This document shows positions 46,593 through 55,636 of a stretch of DNA of 64,000 nt, one piece after another. The notes under the pieces are model-generated. The model was not told the origin of the DNA and did no database searches. It saw only the letters and a program-made list of their open reading frames with translations. Source of the stretch: Myxococcota bacterium (GTDB lineage: Bacteria > Myxococcota_A > UBA796 > SXON01); the NCBI GenBank assembly GCA_040386535.1, contig JAZKFH010000019.1:322186-386185 (forward strand), read 5' to 3'. Position 1 is the stretch's first letter. Each line of letters starts with the position of its first letter. A program made the translations under genes and the position numbers.

Positions 46593-47722
46593 CAGGGGCG
46601 GCCGCCCAGCACGTTCTTCTCGTAGAGCTCGCTCAGGGAGTAGTCTTCCAACCAACTCGCGAGCTTGTCCGAATCCAATCGGCGGAGCTGAGTCGCGCCG
46701 TCGATCCGCTCCGCTACAACAACTTCCTCGGGAGAGAAGTGGTCGAGGAGTGTCGGAGACTGGGTCGCGACAAGAACCTGACAGCGAGTGGAGACCGAAC
46801 GGATGAGGCCGACGAGGATGTTCAACGCGGCGGGGTGGAGGCCCAACTCTGGTTCGTCGATGCAGATGAAGGATGGGAGGGTAGGCTGCGTGAGCGCTGC
46901 GAAGAGCGCCATAGCCCGGAGGGTTCCGTCCGAGAGTTGGGAGACACCGAAACGGTTCCCGTATTCGTCGAGCCACTCTAGCCGGATGTATACCTTGTCC
47001 AACTTTCCGTGTGGATCATCGAAGCGAAACGTGGCGGGATCCACATTGACCGGAACCGGCTGGATGTCGCTGATGAAGGGGGCGACCCGTCGGAGAAGAC
47101 CCATGAAAAGGGCCCAGGAGGCCTGGTGGACGCGATCCGACGAGTGCTTCAACCAGAGGAGGTAGGCGGCAAGATTATCGCCGTCTGTCGCAAGTTCGCG
47201 ATGCCGCAGAGCGAACGCGTTGTCGCGCAGGGGCGAGTGGTCCGAGGTGTCGTGCACATGAAACACGCGGATGGCGTGCAGCGCGCTGACGACTTGCCGC
47301 TCGGGGATATCTACGTCCCCCGCGGTCATTACTAGTCGCGACTCAAAGGGGATGGTCCCGATCAGTCGCGCTCCGTCTGATGAGGGAGTGACCGATTCGT
47401 TCTCGAAGTACATTTGGTCCTCGGCCCGGCGCATGAGGACCGCGTCGTACCGAAGCTGACCGGCGGCTCGTTCCCACTCGAACCCGAGACGAATTTCCGT
47501 GGCTGTGCGCTTCCCCCGGTAGAGAAGGGCCGAGGCGCCACCAGCCGCAGCTACGGAGCTTTGGAGATGGAGGATGCCAAGTGTGCTCGCGAACTCCAGG
47601 AACCGCAGCAAGTTCGACTTCCCCGACCCATTCGCCCCAATCAGCACCGTCACCGGCCCAGGCTCGAACGTGACATCGCGGAGCGACCGGAAGCCCTCGA
47701 CGTGGACGCGCGTGATCTTCAT
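46592..47722 (-). CDS. AAA_21-type (RecF/SMC/OLD-like ABC) ATPase
   Basis: I..V.VEGFRSL, GANGSGKSN, NLAAYL, LSDGTLR, IDEPELGLHP, ATQSP, LSELYEKNVLGGRP. Confidence 0.92.
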   Translation of the reverse strand: MKITRVHVEGFRSLRDVTFEPGPVTVLIGANGSGKSNLLRFLEFASTLGILHLQSSVAAAGGASALLYRGKRTATEIRLGFEWERAAGQLRYDAVLMRRAEDQMYFENESVTPSSDGARLIGTIPFESRLVMTAGDVDIPERQVVSALHAIRVFHVHDTSDHSPLRDNAFALRHRELATDGDNLAAYLLWLKHSSDRVHQASWALFMGLLRRVAPFISDIQPVPVNVDPATFRFDDPHGKLDKVYIRLEWLDEYGNRFGVSQLSDGTLRAMALFAALTQPTLPSFICIDEPELGLHPAALNILVGLIRSVSTRCQVLVATQSPTLLDHFSPEEVVVAERIDGATQLRRLDSDKLASWLEDYSLSELYEKNVLGGRP

Positions 47723-47800
47723 CTGCCCTCCTTCTACCCCGATGCGCTGCGTGCAGCCTTCTCCATCGACACCGCGTCGCCGCGCGGGTATCCAAGGACC

Positions 47801-48193
47801 GTGACCCTCCTCCTCCTCCTCGCCTGCACCGGCCCCACCCCCGACGACACCGCGGGTGACGTCGCCACGATCGCCATCCTCTCGCCGGTCGACGAGGCGA
47901 CGGTGTGCGGCACGCCGCTCCTCGTCACCACCGAGGTGAGCGGCATCACGCTGGTCGATCCGTTTCCGGACGACACGGATGTGCCCGAGCCCGGCACCGG
48001 CCACATCGATCTCGCGATGAACGGCCAGGAGGAGGACGACTGGATGTTCTCCGGCGAGCAGATCGTCGTGAGCGACATCGCGGACGGCTACTACCAGCTG
48101 AAGGTCGAGCTCTCGAGCGCGGACCACACGCCGATCGAGCCCTACGCGGGCGATCTCGTGTACATCACCGTGGCGGCCAGCGCCTGCGAGTAG
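47801..48193 (+). CDS. Small hypothetical lipoprotein (Ig-like, DUF4399-like); resembles 44167..44529
   Basis: MTLLLLLAC; IAILSPVD..TV, GTGHIDL..NG, GYYQLKVEL...DHTP. Confidence 0.65.
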   Translation: MTLLLLLACTGPTPDDTAGDVATIAILSPVDEATVCGTPLLVTTEVSGITLVDPFPDDTDVPEPGTGHIDLAMNGQEEDDWMFSGEQIVVSDIADGYYQLKVELSSADHTPIEPYAGDLVYITVAASACE

Positions 48194-48202
48194 GCTGCCT
48201 CC

Positions 48203-48232
48203 GGGGCGTTGCGGGGGCGGAGCCCCTGCCCC
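48203..48232. terminator. GC-rich hairpin between convergent genes (REP-like or bidirectional terminator)
   Basis: GCGGGGGC-GGA-GCCCCTGC stem-loop flanked by GGGG/CCCC; no U tract. Confidence 0.4.
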
Positions 48233-48251
48233 AAGCGGCTCCCGATCCGGA

Positions 48252-49187
48252 CTACCCGAGCGCCATCATCCGCTCGAGCGGCACCAGGGCGCGGAGCCGC
48301 AGGTCTTCGTCCATCTCGATGCGCGGCTGCAGATCGCGCAGGGCGAGGTACATTTTCTCGAGGGTGTTGAGCCGCATGAAGGGGCACTCGTTGCAGGCGC
48401 AATTCTCCTGCATGCCGGGGAGCGGGAGGAGCTCCTTGTACGGCGCCGCCTTCTTCATCTGGTGGAGGATGCCCGGCTCGGTCGCGACGATGAATGCGGG
48501 CGCGTCGGTCTTCTCGACGTAGGTGAGCAGCGCCGAGGTCGACCCGATGAAGTCGGCCTTGTCGAGGATGTTGGGCTCGCACTCGGGGTGCGCGACCACC
48601 TTGGCCTTGGGGTTGCGGACCATCAGCTCGATGAGCTTGCGCTCGTTGAACGTCTCGTGGACGATGCAGGTGCTCTGCCAGAGCGCCATCTGGCGGCCGG
48701 TGCGCTTCTGGAGCCAGGCGCCGAGGTTGCGGTCGGGCGCGAAGAGGATCTTCTCGTCGGGACCGAACGAGTTGATGACGCGCTCGGCGTTCGACGAGGT
48801 GCAGATGATGTCGCTCTCGGCTTTGACTGCCGCGGAGCAGTTGATGTAGGAGACGACCTTGTGGTCGGGCATCTTCTCCTTCATCCGGCGGAGCGCGGGG
48901 GCCGGACACCCGCTCGCCAGCGAACATCCCGCGTTCATGTCGGGGATGATCACGATGCGGTCGGGGTTGAGGATCTTGGCGGTCTCCGCCATGAAGTGCA
49001 CGCCGCAGAACAGGATCACGTCCGCGTCGGTCTTCTGGGCCGCCTTGGCGAGCTGCAGCGAGTCACCGATGACATCCGCGACATCCTGGATGTCGGGATC
49101 CTGGTAGTAGTGCGCCAGGATGATGGCGTTGCGCTCGCGGCGGAGGTCTTCGATGGCGCCGAGCAGATCGGTGGGGAGACGTTCCAT
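48252..49187 (-). CDS. nadA: Quinolinate synthase
   Basis: LAHYYQ, GDSLQLA, FCGVHFMAETAKILNP, AGCSLA, YINCSA, CTSSNA, AHPEC, CNECPFM. Confidence 0.97.
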   Translation of the reverse strand: MERLPTDLLGAIEDLRRERNAIILAHYYQDPDIQDVADVIGDSLQLAKAAQKTDADVILFCGVHFMAETAKILNPDRIVIIPDMNAGCSLASGCPAPALRRMKEKMPDHKVVSYINCSAAVKAESDIICTSSNAERVINSFGPDEKILFAPDRNLGAWLQKRTGRQMALWQSTCIVHETFNERKLIELMVRNPKAKVVAHPECEPNILDKADFIGSTSALLTYVEKTDAPAFIVATEPGILHQMKKAAPYKELLPLPGMQENCACNECPFMRLNTLEKMYLALRDLQPRIEMDEDLRLRALVPLERMMALG

Positions 49188-49241
49188 GGCTCCGCTTAAC
49201 CGACCCGGCTCACGCGCACGGAAACCCAGTGTGAGCCGGCG

Positions 49242-49967
49242 TCACGGCGGCGGCCGCACGTAGTCGAGCGTACCCGCGCCGTTGGCGATGTAGGTGTTCT
49301 CGACCGAAAGCAGGCCGCCGAGGCCGAATTGGAGATCCTTCGGATCGCCGAGCCAACGCGCCACGGAGACGAGGCCCGTCGGGTCGACCCGCCACAGCTC
49401 CTCCGGGGCGCCCTGGGCGAGGTAGACGCGCCCCTTGGCGTCGAGGGTGGCGGCGCGGGCGTCGACCAGATTGGCGGTCACGAGGGAGACGGTGCCGGAG
49501 GCGGAGACGTGGTGAAGCGCGGACTCGCTCACGACGAGGTAGCCGCCATCGGGGCCGAGCGCGACCGAGCGCGCCACGAGGCCGGGCGCGAACGGCTGGT
49601 CGCGGCGGGTGCCGGTGTCTGGATCGACCCGCGACAACCGGTCGGGGTAGAGCACGATGAGGGCGTCGTAGCCGCCGAGGATGTCGATGGCGCCGGGCAC
49701 GTCGAGCCCGCCCCCGGCCCAGGTCACCCGCCCGTCGCGGAGCACGTACGCGCGGCCGGGGTGCGTGGCCACCGCGATGGCGGGCGCCGCTTCGATGCGC
49801 TCGGTGCGCCCCTCGCCGTCGATCTCGTAGACGCCGGTGGAGGTGGCGACGAGGAGGCGCCCGTCGACGCTCGGGGAGAGCGAGCGCACATCTCCGAGGC
49901 CGGGGGCGAGCACGTAGGGCCCCTCGAGCACACGGTCCAGGCAGCCCAGGAGGGCGAGGACGATCAC
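49242..49967 (-). CDS. Hypothetical lipoprotein, beta-propeller-like
   Basis: MIVLALLGC; DGRLLVA, GPDGGYLV, DAKGRVYLA blade motifs. Confidence 0.65.
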   Translation of the reverse strand: MIVLALLGCLDRVLEGPYVLAPGLGDVRSLSPSVDGRLLVATSTGVYEIDGEGRTERIEAAPAIAVATHPGRAYVLRDGRVTWAGGGLDVPGAIDILGGYDALIVLYPDRLSRVDPDTGTRRDQPFAPGLVARSVALGPDGGYLVVSESALHHVSASGTVSLVTANLVDARAATLDAKGRVYLAQGAPEELWRVDPTGLVSVARWLGDPKDLQFGLGGLLSVENTYIANGAGTLDYVRPPP

Positions 49968-51208
49968 CCCAGCCCGGCCACGATCCGCGCGACGAGATCG
50001 GGGATGTCGGCGGCCTCGATGGAGCAGAACGCGATGCGCAGCGCGTTGGCGCTCGGCACCGCGATGACGCCGACGGAGTGCTCCTTCAACAGGCGCTGGC
50101 GCATCGCCTCCGCGTTCTGGCCGTCGGGGAGGGGGAGCAGCGCGAAGCAGCCGCTGTTGAAGGGGAGCGCCTCGAGCCCGCTCTGGGCGAGGCCGTCCCG
50201 CAACGCGTGGTACCGCTCGGCGAGGACGCCGATGACCGCGGCGTGTTCGGCGGCCAACGTGGGGGACGACAATGCGCCGAGCACAGCCGCTTGCGACGGG
50301 GTGGACACGCTGGACACGGTCCCGCGGAGCACGGACGCGGCCTTCTCGGCGAGCGCCTGGCCCGCGGCGCCGCTCGCGGAGAACGTCAGGAAGCCCACCC
50401 GGCCCCCGAAGAAGACGAGCTCCTTGGTGGCGCCGTCGACCTTGCAGACGAGCGCCCTCGTCTTGTCGACCGCGGCGGCGAGCGCGCCGTAGAGGCTCTT
50501 CCCGTACAGCGCCGTGTCGAAGAACAGGCCGTTGTACGCGTCGTCACAGACGATGCACACGGGGTGCGGATGGGCGGCCAGGAGCCGCACGAGCGCCGCG
50601 ACCTCGTCCGGGAACGGCGCGTAGCCCGTGGGGTTGGACGGGAAGTTGAGCAGCACCATCGCCGGGCCGTCGAGCCGCGCGAGGGTGGCGGCGAGCCCTG
50701 CCACGTTGAAGCGGCGATCGGGCCCGAAGAAGGGGTAGGTCACGAGCGGCGCGCCGGTGCGCATCGTGAAGATCTGGTCGTAATTGTCCCAGTAGGGCGT
50801 GCCGAGGACCACCGGCACGTCGGGCCCCGTGAACAGGTCGGCGCACAACGAGAGGCCGTGCGTGATGCCGGAGGCGACGACCGGGACGCTGGCCGGCACG
50901 CCGTCGGGGAGCGCAAGATGCCGGCGCCAGGCCTCTCGCAGCGGGGCGAGCCCGTATTGCGAGGCGTAGAGGAGCGAGCTGGTGTCGGGGAAGCCCGAGT
51001 AGTACCGGACCAGGGAGGGCAGGGCGAGGGGCCGGCCGGCGCCGTCGGTGATCTGGCCGATCGTGGCCTTGCGGAGCGCGCCCCGCGCCTGCTCCGACTG
51101 CTGCGGAATGCCGAGCGGCATGGCCGCGCGATGCCCGAGGGGCGAGAGCAGGCTCAGCGCACCGGGGTGGCCGTCCTGAAGCAAGGAATGGAGTTCCGCT
51201 GGAGTCAT
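49964..51208 (-). CDS. PLP-dependent aminotransferase, class I/II
   Basis: ATIG, GITHGL, YWDNY, NFPSNPTGY, DDAYNG, DGATKE...GGRVGF. Confidence 0.9.
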   Translation of the reverse strand: MTPAELHSLLQDGHPGALSLLSPLGHRAAMPLGIPQQSEQARGALRKATIGQITDGAGRPLALPSLVRYYSGFPDTSSLLYASQYGLAPLREAWRRHLALPDGVPASVPVVASGITHGLSLCADLFTGPDVPVVLGTPYWDNYDQIFTMRTGAPLVTYPFFGPDRRFNVAGLAATLARLDGPAMVLLNFPSNPTGYAPFPDEVAALVRLLAAHPHPVCIVCDDAYNGLFFDTALYGKSLYGALAAAVDKTRALVCKVDGATKELVFFGGRVGFLTFSASGAAGQALAEKAASVLRGTVSSVSTPSQAAVLGALSSPTLAAEHAAVIGVLAERYHALRDGLAQSGLEALPFNSGCFALLPLPDGQNAEAMRQRLLKEHSVGVIAVPSANALRIAFCSIEAADIPDLVARIVAGLG

Positions 51209-51322
51209 GGGCTCCTCGATGGCCGTTCTGTGGCGGTAGCAGTCGCAGCCGTGGGGCTGTTCGTTCTACCGTTGTATCGCCCTGACGCCGTGTCTCGTGT
51301 GGCCGCTGGCTCGACCCCCGCA

Positions 51323-51328
51323 TAACTT
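51323..51328 (+). promoter_or_regulatory. Putative -10 element of a leaderless transcript
   Basis: TAACTT 6 nt before the GTG at 51335; no SD. Confidence 0.45.
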
Positions 51329-51334
51329 CCGGGC

Positions 51335-52147
51335 GTGCGTCAGCTCACCCCCGCCGTCGAAGACTATCTCGTCCGCCACGAACCGTTCTACCTCCCGGCA
51401 TCGGACGAGGTGGGGCTGTTCGAGAGCGCGTGGCGCGCCCAGCTGCCCGTCCTGCTCAAGGGGCCGACCGGTTGCGGGAAGACTCGCTTCGTGGCGCACA
51501 TGGCGTGGCGCCTCGGGAGGCCCCTCATCACGGTGGCCTGCCACGAGGACCTCGCCGCGTCGGATCTGCTCGGGCGTTTTCTCCTCCAGGGAGATGAGAC
51601 CGTGTGGGTCGACGGGCCGCTCACCACCGCCGTCCGCCACGGCGCGATCGTGTATCTGGACGAGGTGGTCGAGGCCCGCAAGGACTCGCTCGTCGTCATC
51701 CACCCGCTGACCGACGATCGCCGCATCCTTCCCATCGATCGCCTCGCGACCATCCTGCGCGCGCCGGCCGAGTTCATGATGGTGATCAGCTACAACCCCG
51801 GGTACCAGTCGGTCCTCAAGGAGCTCAAGCCCTCCACCCGGCAGCGCTTCGTGAGCCTCGACTTCAAGTACCCGGGCGCCGATGTCGAGCGGGACGTGCT
51901 GATCCGCGAGGCGGGCCTCGATCACGACCGCGCCAGCCGGCTCGTCAAGGTTGCGGAGAAGATCCGCAACCTGACGGATCGGGGCCTGGAAGAGGGCGTG
52001 TCCACCCGGCTGCTCGTCTACTGCGGCAAACTCTTCGCCCAGGGTGTCGAGCCGCGCGCAGCGTGCCGGGCCGCGTTCACGCGCACCCTCACGGACGACC
52101 GCGATCTGCAGCGCACGATCGAAGAGATCGCGGCGGACTTCTTCTGA
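51335..52147 (+). CDS. CbbQ/NirQ/NorQ family MoxR AAA+ ATPase
   Basis: [71 protein letters not shown]. Confidence 0.95.
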   Translation: MRQLTPAVEDYLVRHEPFYLPASDEVGLFESAWRAQLPVLLKGPTGCGKTRFVAHMAWRLGRPLITVACHEDLAASDLLGRFLLQGDETVWVDGPLTTAVRHGAIVYLDEVVEARKDSLVVIHPLTDDRRILPIDRLATILRAPAEFMMVISYNPGYQSVLKELKPSTRQRFVSLDFKYPGADVERDVLIREAGLDHDRASRLVKVAEKIRNLTDRGLEEGVSTRLLVYCGKLFAQGVEPRAACRAAFTRTLTDDRDLQRTIEEIAADFF

Positions 52148-52257
52148 TCTCGGAGCGCGCGGCCCTTGATCGCGGGCGCGCGGCATCTTCTGGGGACTAC
52201 TTGGGGCACTACGCTTCGAGGCGGGACGGGCATCGGTAGAACACCGAGGGGGGATCG

Positions 52258-54729
52258 CTGGCCGAGCGCAAGAAGAACGTCTTCACCGAGACGCTGGGCC
52301 GGATCGACACGCGGCTGCGCCAGGCGCGGCCGGCGGTCGGGCTCGCGCGGCTGCACGGCGGCGCGCTGCGGGCGTACCTGCGCTACCGCGGCGCCGTGGA
52401 GTCGGGGCTGGGCGCGCCAGAGGCCGAGGCCTACGGGGATCTGGTCGTGGCCGTGGCAAAGAAGGACGGTGACCTCGCCCGGGTGATCGCGCTCACGCTC
52501 CCCGACCAGCTCGCCCGCGTCGAGCCGGGGCGGCGGGTGTTCTACTTTCGGCTCCTGCGCGAGGTCCTGGGGGTGCGGCCGCCGGCGCTGCCGCTGGTCG
52601 CGCGCACCCTGCCGGATCTCCTCCCGTCGATGGAGGACGACGCGCTGCGCGCCTTCATCGCGCGCGGGCTGGTGCTGCACCGCGAGTCCCACCACAAGGC
52701 CGAGAGCTTCCTGCGCCAGGAGTCGGGCGTCGGGCAGGCGGCGGCGCGCGAGCTCGAGCGGGGCGTGAGCCTCGCCGAGGTCAACCGCACGCTCACGCTC
52801 TACGCACGCGCACATTGCGGCGAGGACGTCCAGGTGCGCGCCGGCTCCGGCACGGCCTTCTCCGACGGGCACCACATCTACCTCCCGGAGCGGGTCGACC
52901 GGTACGGAGACGATCGCGACTTCCTCGTCTACCGGGTGCAGACGGCGCTCTCGGTCGGGTACCTCGAGTTCGGCACCTTTGATCTGGAGCTCGGCAAGCT
53001 CGCCGGCCGCTGGCCCGATCGGGCCGACGGGGAAGGGGAGCTCGAACGCTACTTCCGTGCGTTCATGAACAAGTCGCTGGCGCGCGACCTGTTCCAGATC
53101 CTGGAGGACGCCCGGGTAGAGGGGCGCATCCGCCGCGCGTATCCGGGCGTGGCCCGTGACCTCGACCGCCTCGGCGCGTCGTTCCGCGGCGATCGGCCGG
53201 ATCCGAAGGCCCCGGCCGCGCGGGCGATCGAGGCGCTGGCGCGGCACGCCTGGGCCCTCGATCGGCTCCCGATCGGCCCGGCCGAGGAGGCCGCCATCGC
53301 GCCGCTGGTCGACCTGCTCGCCCGCATCCACGAGCTGGACGTCGGCGATGTCGCCGCCGCCGTGCGCGCCGCGTACCCGGCGGTCGAGGGGCTGATGCGC
53401 CGCGCGGAGGACGGCAAGCCGCCCCGGAGTGACGGCGACAAGCGCCCCCAGCGCCCCGGTCCTGAGGGCGATCTCCCCCAGCCCGAGGCCCTCTTCGAGC
53501 CGCCGCCGCTCGCGCCACGTATTCGCCCGGAGCAGGCCGGAGGCGACGAGCGCCGCCTCGAGGACGAAGCCCAGCGGCTGCTCCGCGAGATGCGCCAACA
53601 CGGGGAAGACGCGACGCCGTCCGATGCGCGCCGCCAGGCGCGCGAGGCCGACCGCAAGGAAGCCGAAGGCGCCAGCTACGAGGAGATGGAGGGGTTCCTC
53701 GACCGCAACCCGTCCCCCGGCGGCGCCATCGTGGACGACAAGGGCACGACCCCCGACGCGCCATCCCGCGCCGCGTCGGGCGCGCCGGTCGATCCCGACG
53801 TGGTCGGCGGCGCGAAGACCTTCGCGTACCGCGAGTGGGACACCGCGATCGAGGACTACAAGCCGCGCTGGGTCACCGTGCGGGAGCAGCGCCTCAAGGA
53901 GGGCTCGCGCGAGTTCGTGGACGACGTGATGCGGCGCGAGAAGCGCCACGTCGACGCCTTGCGGCGCCGCTTCGAGGCGATGCGGCCGCAGGGCCTCGTG
54001 AAGCACCGCGGGCTGGTGGACGGCGACGAGCTCGACATCGACCGCGTCGTCGAGTCCCGGGTCGCGCGGCGCCTCGGCCAGGAGCCGAGCGATCGGCTCT
54101 ACATCCGCCGCGTGCGCGAGCAGCGCGACGTGGCCGTGGCCTTCCTCATCGACATGTCGTCCTCCACGAACGAATCGGCGGACGGATCGTCGCGCCGCAT
54201 CATCGACGTGGAGAAGGAGGCGCTCATCGTCGCGGCGGAGGCGCTCCACGCGCTCGGGGACCCCTTCGCGATCTGGGGGTTCTCCGGCTACGGTCGCGAT
54301 CACGTGGCGTTCTACGTGGCGAAGGAGTTCGCCGAACCGTACGACGACCGCGCGCGCGAGCGGATCGGGCGCATCACGTTCAAGATGGAGAACCGGGACG
54401 GCGCGGCCATCCGACACGCCACGGCCAAGCTCCAGAAGCAGCCGGCACGCGTCCGCCTGCTGTTCCTGCTCTCCGACGGAAAGCCGCTCGACTGCGGCTG
54501 CGACCACTACTACGACCGCTACGCGCAGGACGACACGCGCGCGGCGCTCCGAGAGGCGCGCAAGCTCGGCATCCACCCCTTTTGCGTCACGGTGGATCCG
54601 ACGGGGCCGTCGTACCTCGCGCGGATGTACGGTGACGTTGCCTACACGGTCATCGATCGCCTCGACGCACTGCCGGCGCGGTTGATGCGCGTCTACGGCC
54701 GCCTCGCGATGAGCGGGAACCGGACGTGA
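52258..54729 (+). CDS. NorD/CbbO family VWA-domain adaptor protein
   Basis: IYLPE, LFQILEDARVE, YREWD, DGDELDID, MIDAS DMSSS, NRDGAAIRH, LSDGKP; frame open from 52240, proposed CTG start at 52258 (ORF track starts at 52396). Confidence 0.88.
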   Translation: MAERKKNVFTETLGRIDTRLRQARPAVGLARLHGGALRAYLRYRGAVESGLGAPEAEAYGDLVVAVAKKDGDLARVIALTLPDQLARVEPGRRVFYFRLLREVLGVRPPALPLVARTLPDLLPSMEDDALRAFIARGLVLHRESHHKAESFLRQESGVGQAAARELERGVSLAEVNRTLTLYARAHCGEDVQVRAGSGTAFSDGHHIYLPERVDRYGDDRDFLVYRVQTALSVGYLEFGTFDLELGKLAGRWPDRADGEGELERYFRAFMNKSLARDLFQILEDARVEGRIRRAYPGVARDLDRLGASFRGDRPDPKAPAARAIEALARHAWALDRLPIGPAEEAAIAPLVDLLARIHELDVGDVAAAVRAAYPAVEGLMRRAEDGKPPRSDGDKRPQRPGPEGDLPQPEALFEPPPLAPRIRPEQAGGDERRLEDEAQRLLREMRQHGEDATPSDARRQAREADRKEAEGASYEEMEGFLDRNPSPGGAIVDDKGTTPDAPSRAASGAPVDPDVVGGAKTFAYREWDTAIEDYKPRWVTVREQRLKEGSREFVDDVMRREKRHVDALRRRFEAMRPQGLVKHRGLVDGDELDIDRVVESRVARRLGQEPSDRLYIRRVREQRDVAVAFLIDMSSSTNESADGSSRRIIDVEKEALIVAAEALHALGDPFAIWGFSGYGRDHVAFYVAKEFAEPYDDRARERIGRITFKMENRDGAAIRHATAKLQKQPARVRLLFLLSDGKPLDCGCDHYYDRYAQDDTRAALREARKLGIHPFCVTVDPTGPSYLARMYGDVAYTVIDRLDALPARLMRVYGRLAMSGNRT

Positions 54730-55277
54730 GCGAGCCCGTCCGACCTCCACGCGGCGGCGTCGTGCTCGTCTCCACCGAGGGGGCGCACGAGCCGTTCGTG
54801 GCGATGCTCGAGGCCGCCGGCTTCGTGGTGGTCGTGGCCGAGCTCGGCTTCGATCCAACGGACCCGGAGGTCATCCGCATCGTCACGACGGCGCGGGATC
54901 GGCTCCCTCCTGGCGCGCGCTTCGTCGTCGGTCTCGGCGGCGGCGGGTTGTACGCACGGCTCGCCGCCTGCGCCGTGCTCGGCCTCGCGGGCGCCGTCGG
55001 CTTCGGGGGGCGCATCAGCTATTCGGGCGTGAACTTGCGCCAGCCCATCCAGCCGATGGATCTGCTGCCCGGGCTCTCGTGCCCGCTCCAATGCCACTTC
55101 CGAGCCGACGATCCCGCCGCGCCGGCTGCCCACGTGGACGAGCTGGAGCGGCGTCTCGCTGGTGCGTGCCAGCCCTGGCAGGTGTTCCGATACACAGCCT
55201 GCACCGAAGCCGACACGCGCACCGCATGGGGCCGCGCGTGTAGCTTCCTCATGCACCTCGCCGCCGAACGAGCTTGA
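54726..55277 (+). CDS. Truncated dienelactone-hydrolase-like protein lacking catalytic residues
   Basis: GGVVLV, VVGLGGGG in place of GxCxGG, AVGFGG, CPLQCHF, VFRY then AWGR..SFL without the HGF motif. Confidence 0.65.
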   Translation: MSEPVRPPRGGVVLVSTEGAHEPFVAMLEAAGFVVVVAELGFDPTDPEVIRIVTTARDRLPPGARFVVGLGGGGLYARLAACAVLGLAGAVGFGGRISYSGVNLRQPIQPMDLLPGLSCPLQCHFRADDPAAPAAHVDELERRLAGACQPWQVFRYTACTEADTRTAWGRACSFLMHLAAERA

Positions 55278-55307
55278 GGGTTAGACGACCACGAACCACG
55301 GAGCCTC

Positions 55308-55574
55308 ATGCTCACCGACCTGCTCACGCTGCTGCCGACGCTGCCGCCCCTCTTCTTCGCGCCCGAAGGCGACGACACCGACACCGCCGAAGAGGCGGAC
55401 GATGACGACTGGGAGGACGAGGACTGGGACGACGAGGACGAGGAGGAGTCGGAAGAAGAGGGCGACGACCTCGTCAGCGACGAAGACGAGGATGAAGACG
55501 AGGACGAAGAGGACGACGACTGGGAGGACGACGACTGGGAAGACGACGACGAGGAAGAAGAAGAGGAAGAGTAG
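55308..55574 (+). CDS. Small hyper-acidic Asp/Glu-rich protein
   Basis: SD GGAG, 88 aa, short hydrophobic leader then almost only D/E with periodic Trp; no Lys or Arg. Confidence 0.6.
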   Translation: MLTDLLTLLPTLPPLFFAPEGDDTDTAEEADDDDWEDEDWDDEDEEESEEEGDDLVSDEDEDEDEDEEDDDWEDDDWEDDDEEEEEEE

Positions 55575-55636
55575 ACCCCTCCCTTCCGCCGCCGCCGTGG
55601 TCCGTTGGCGGGCGCCCGCCGTGCGCGGCGCCGCTG

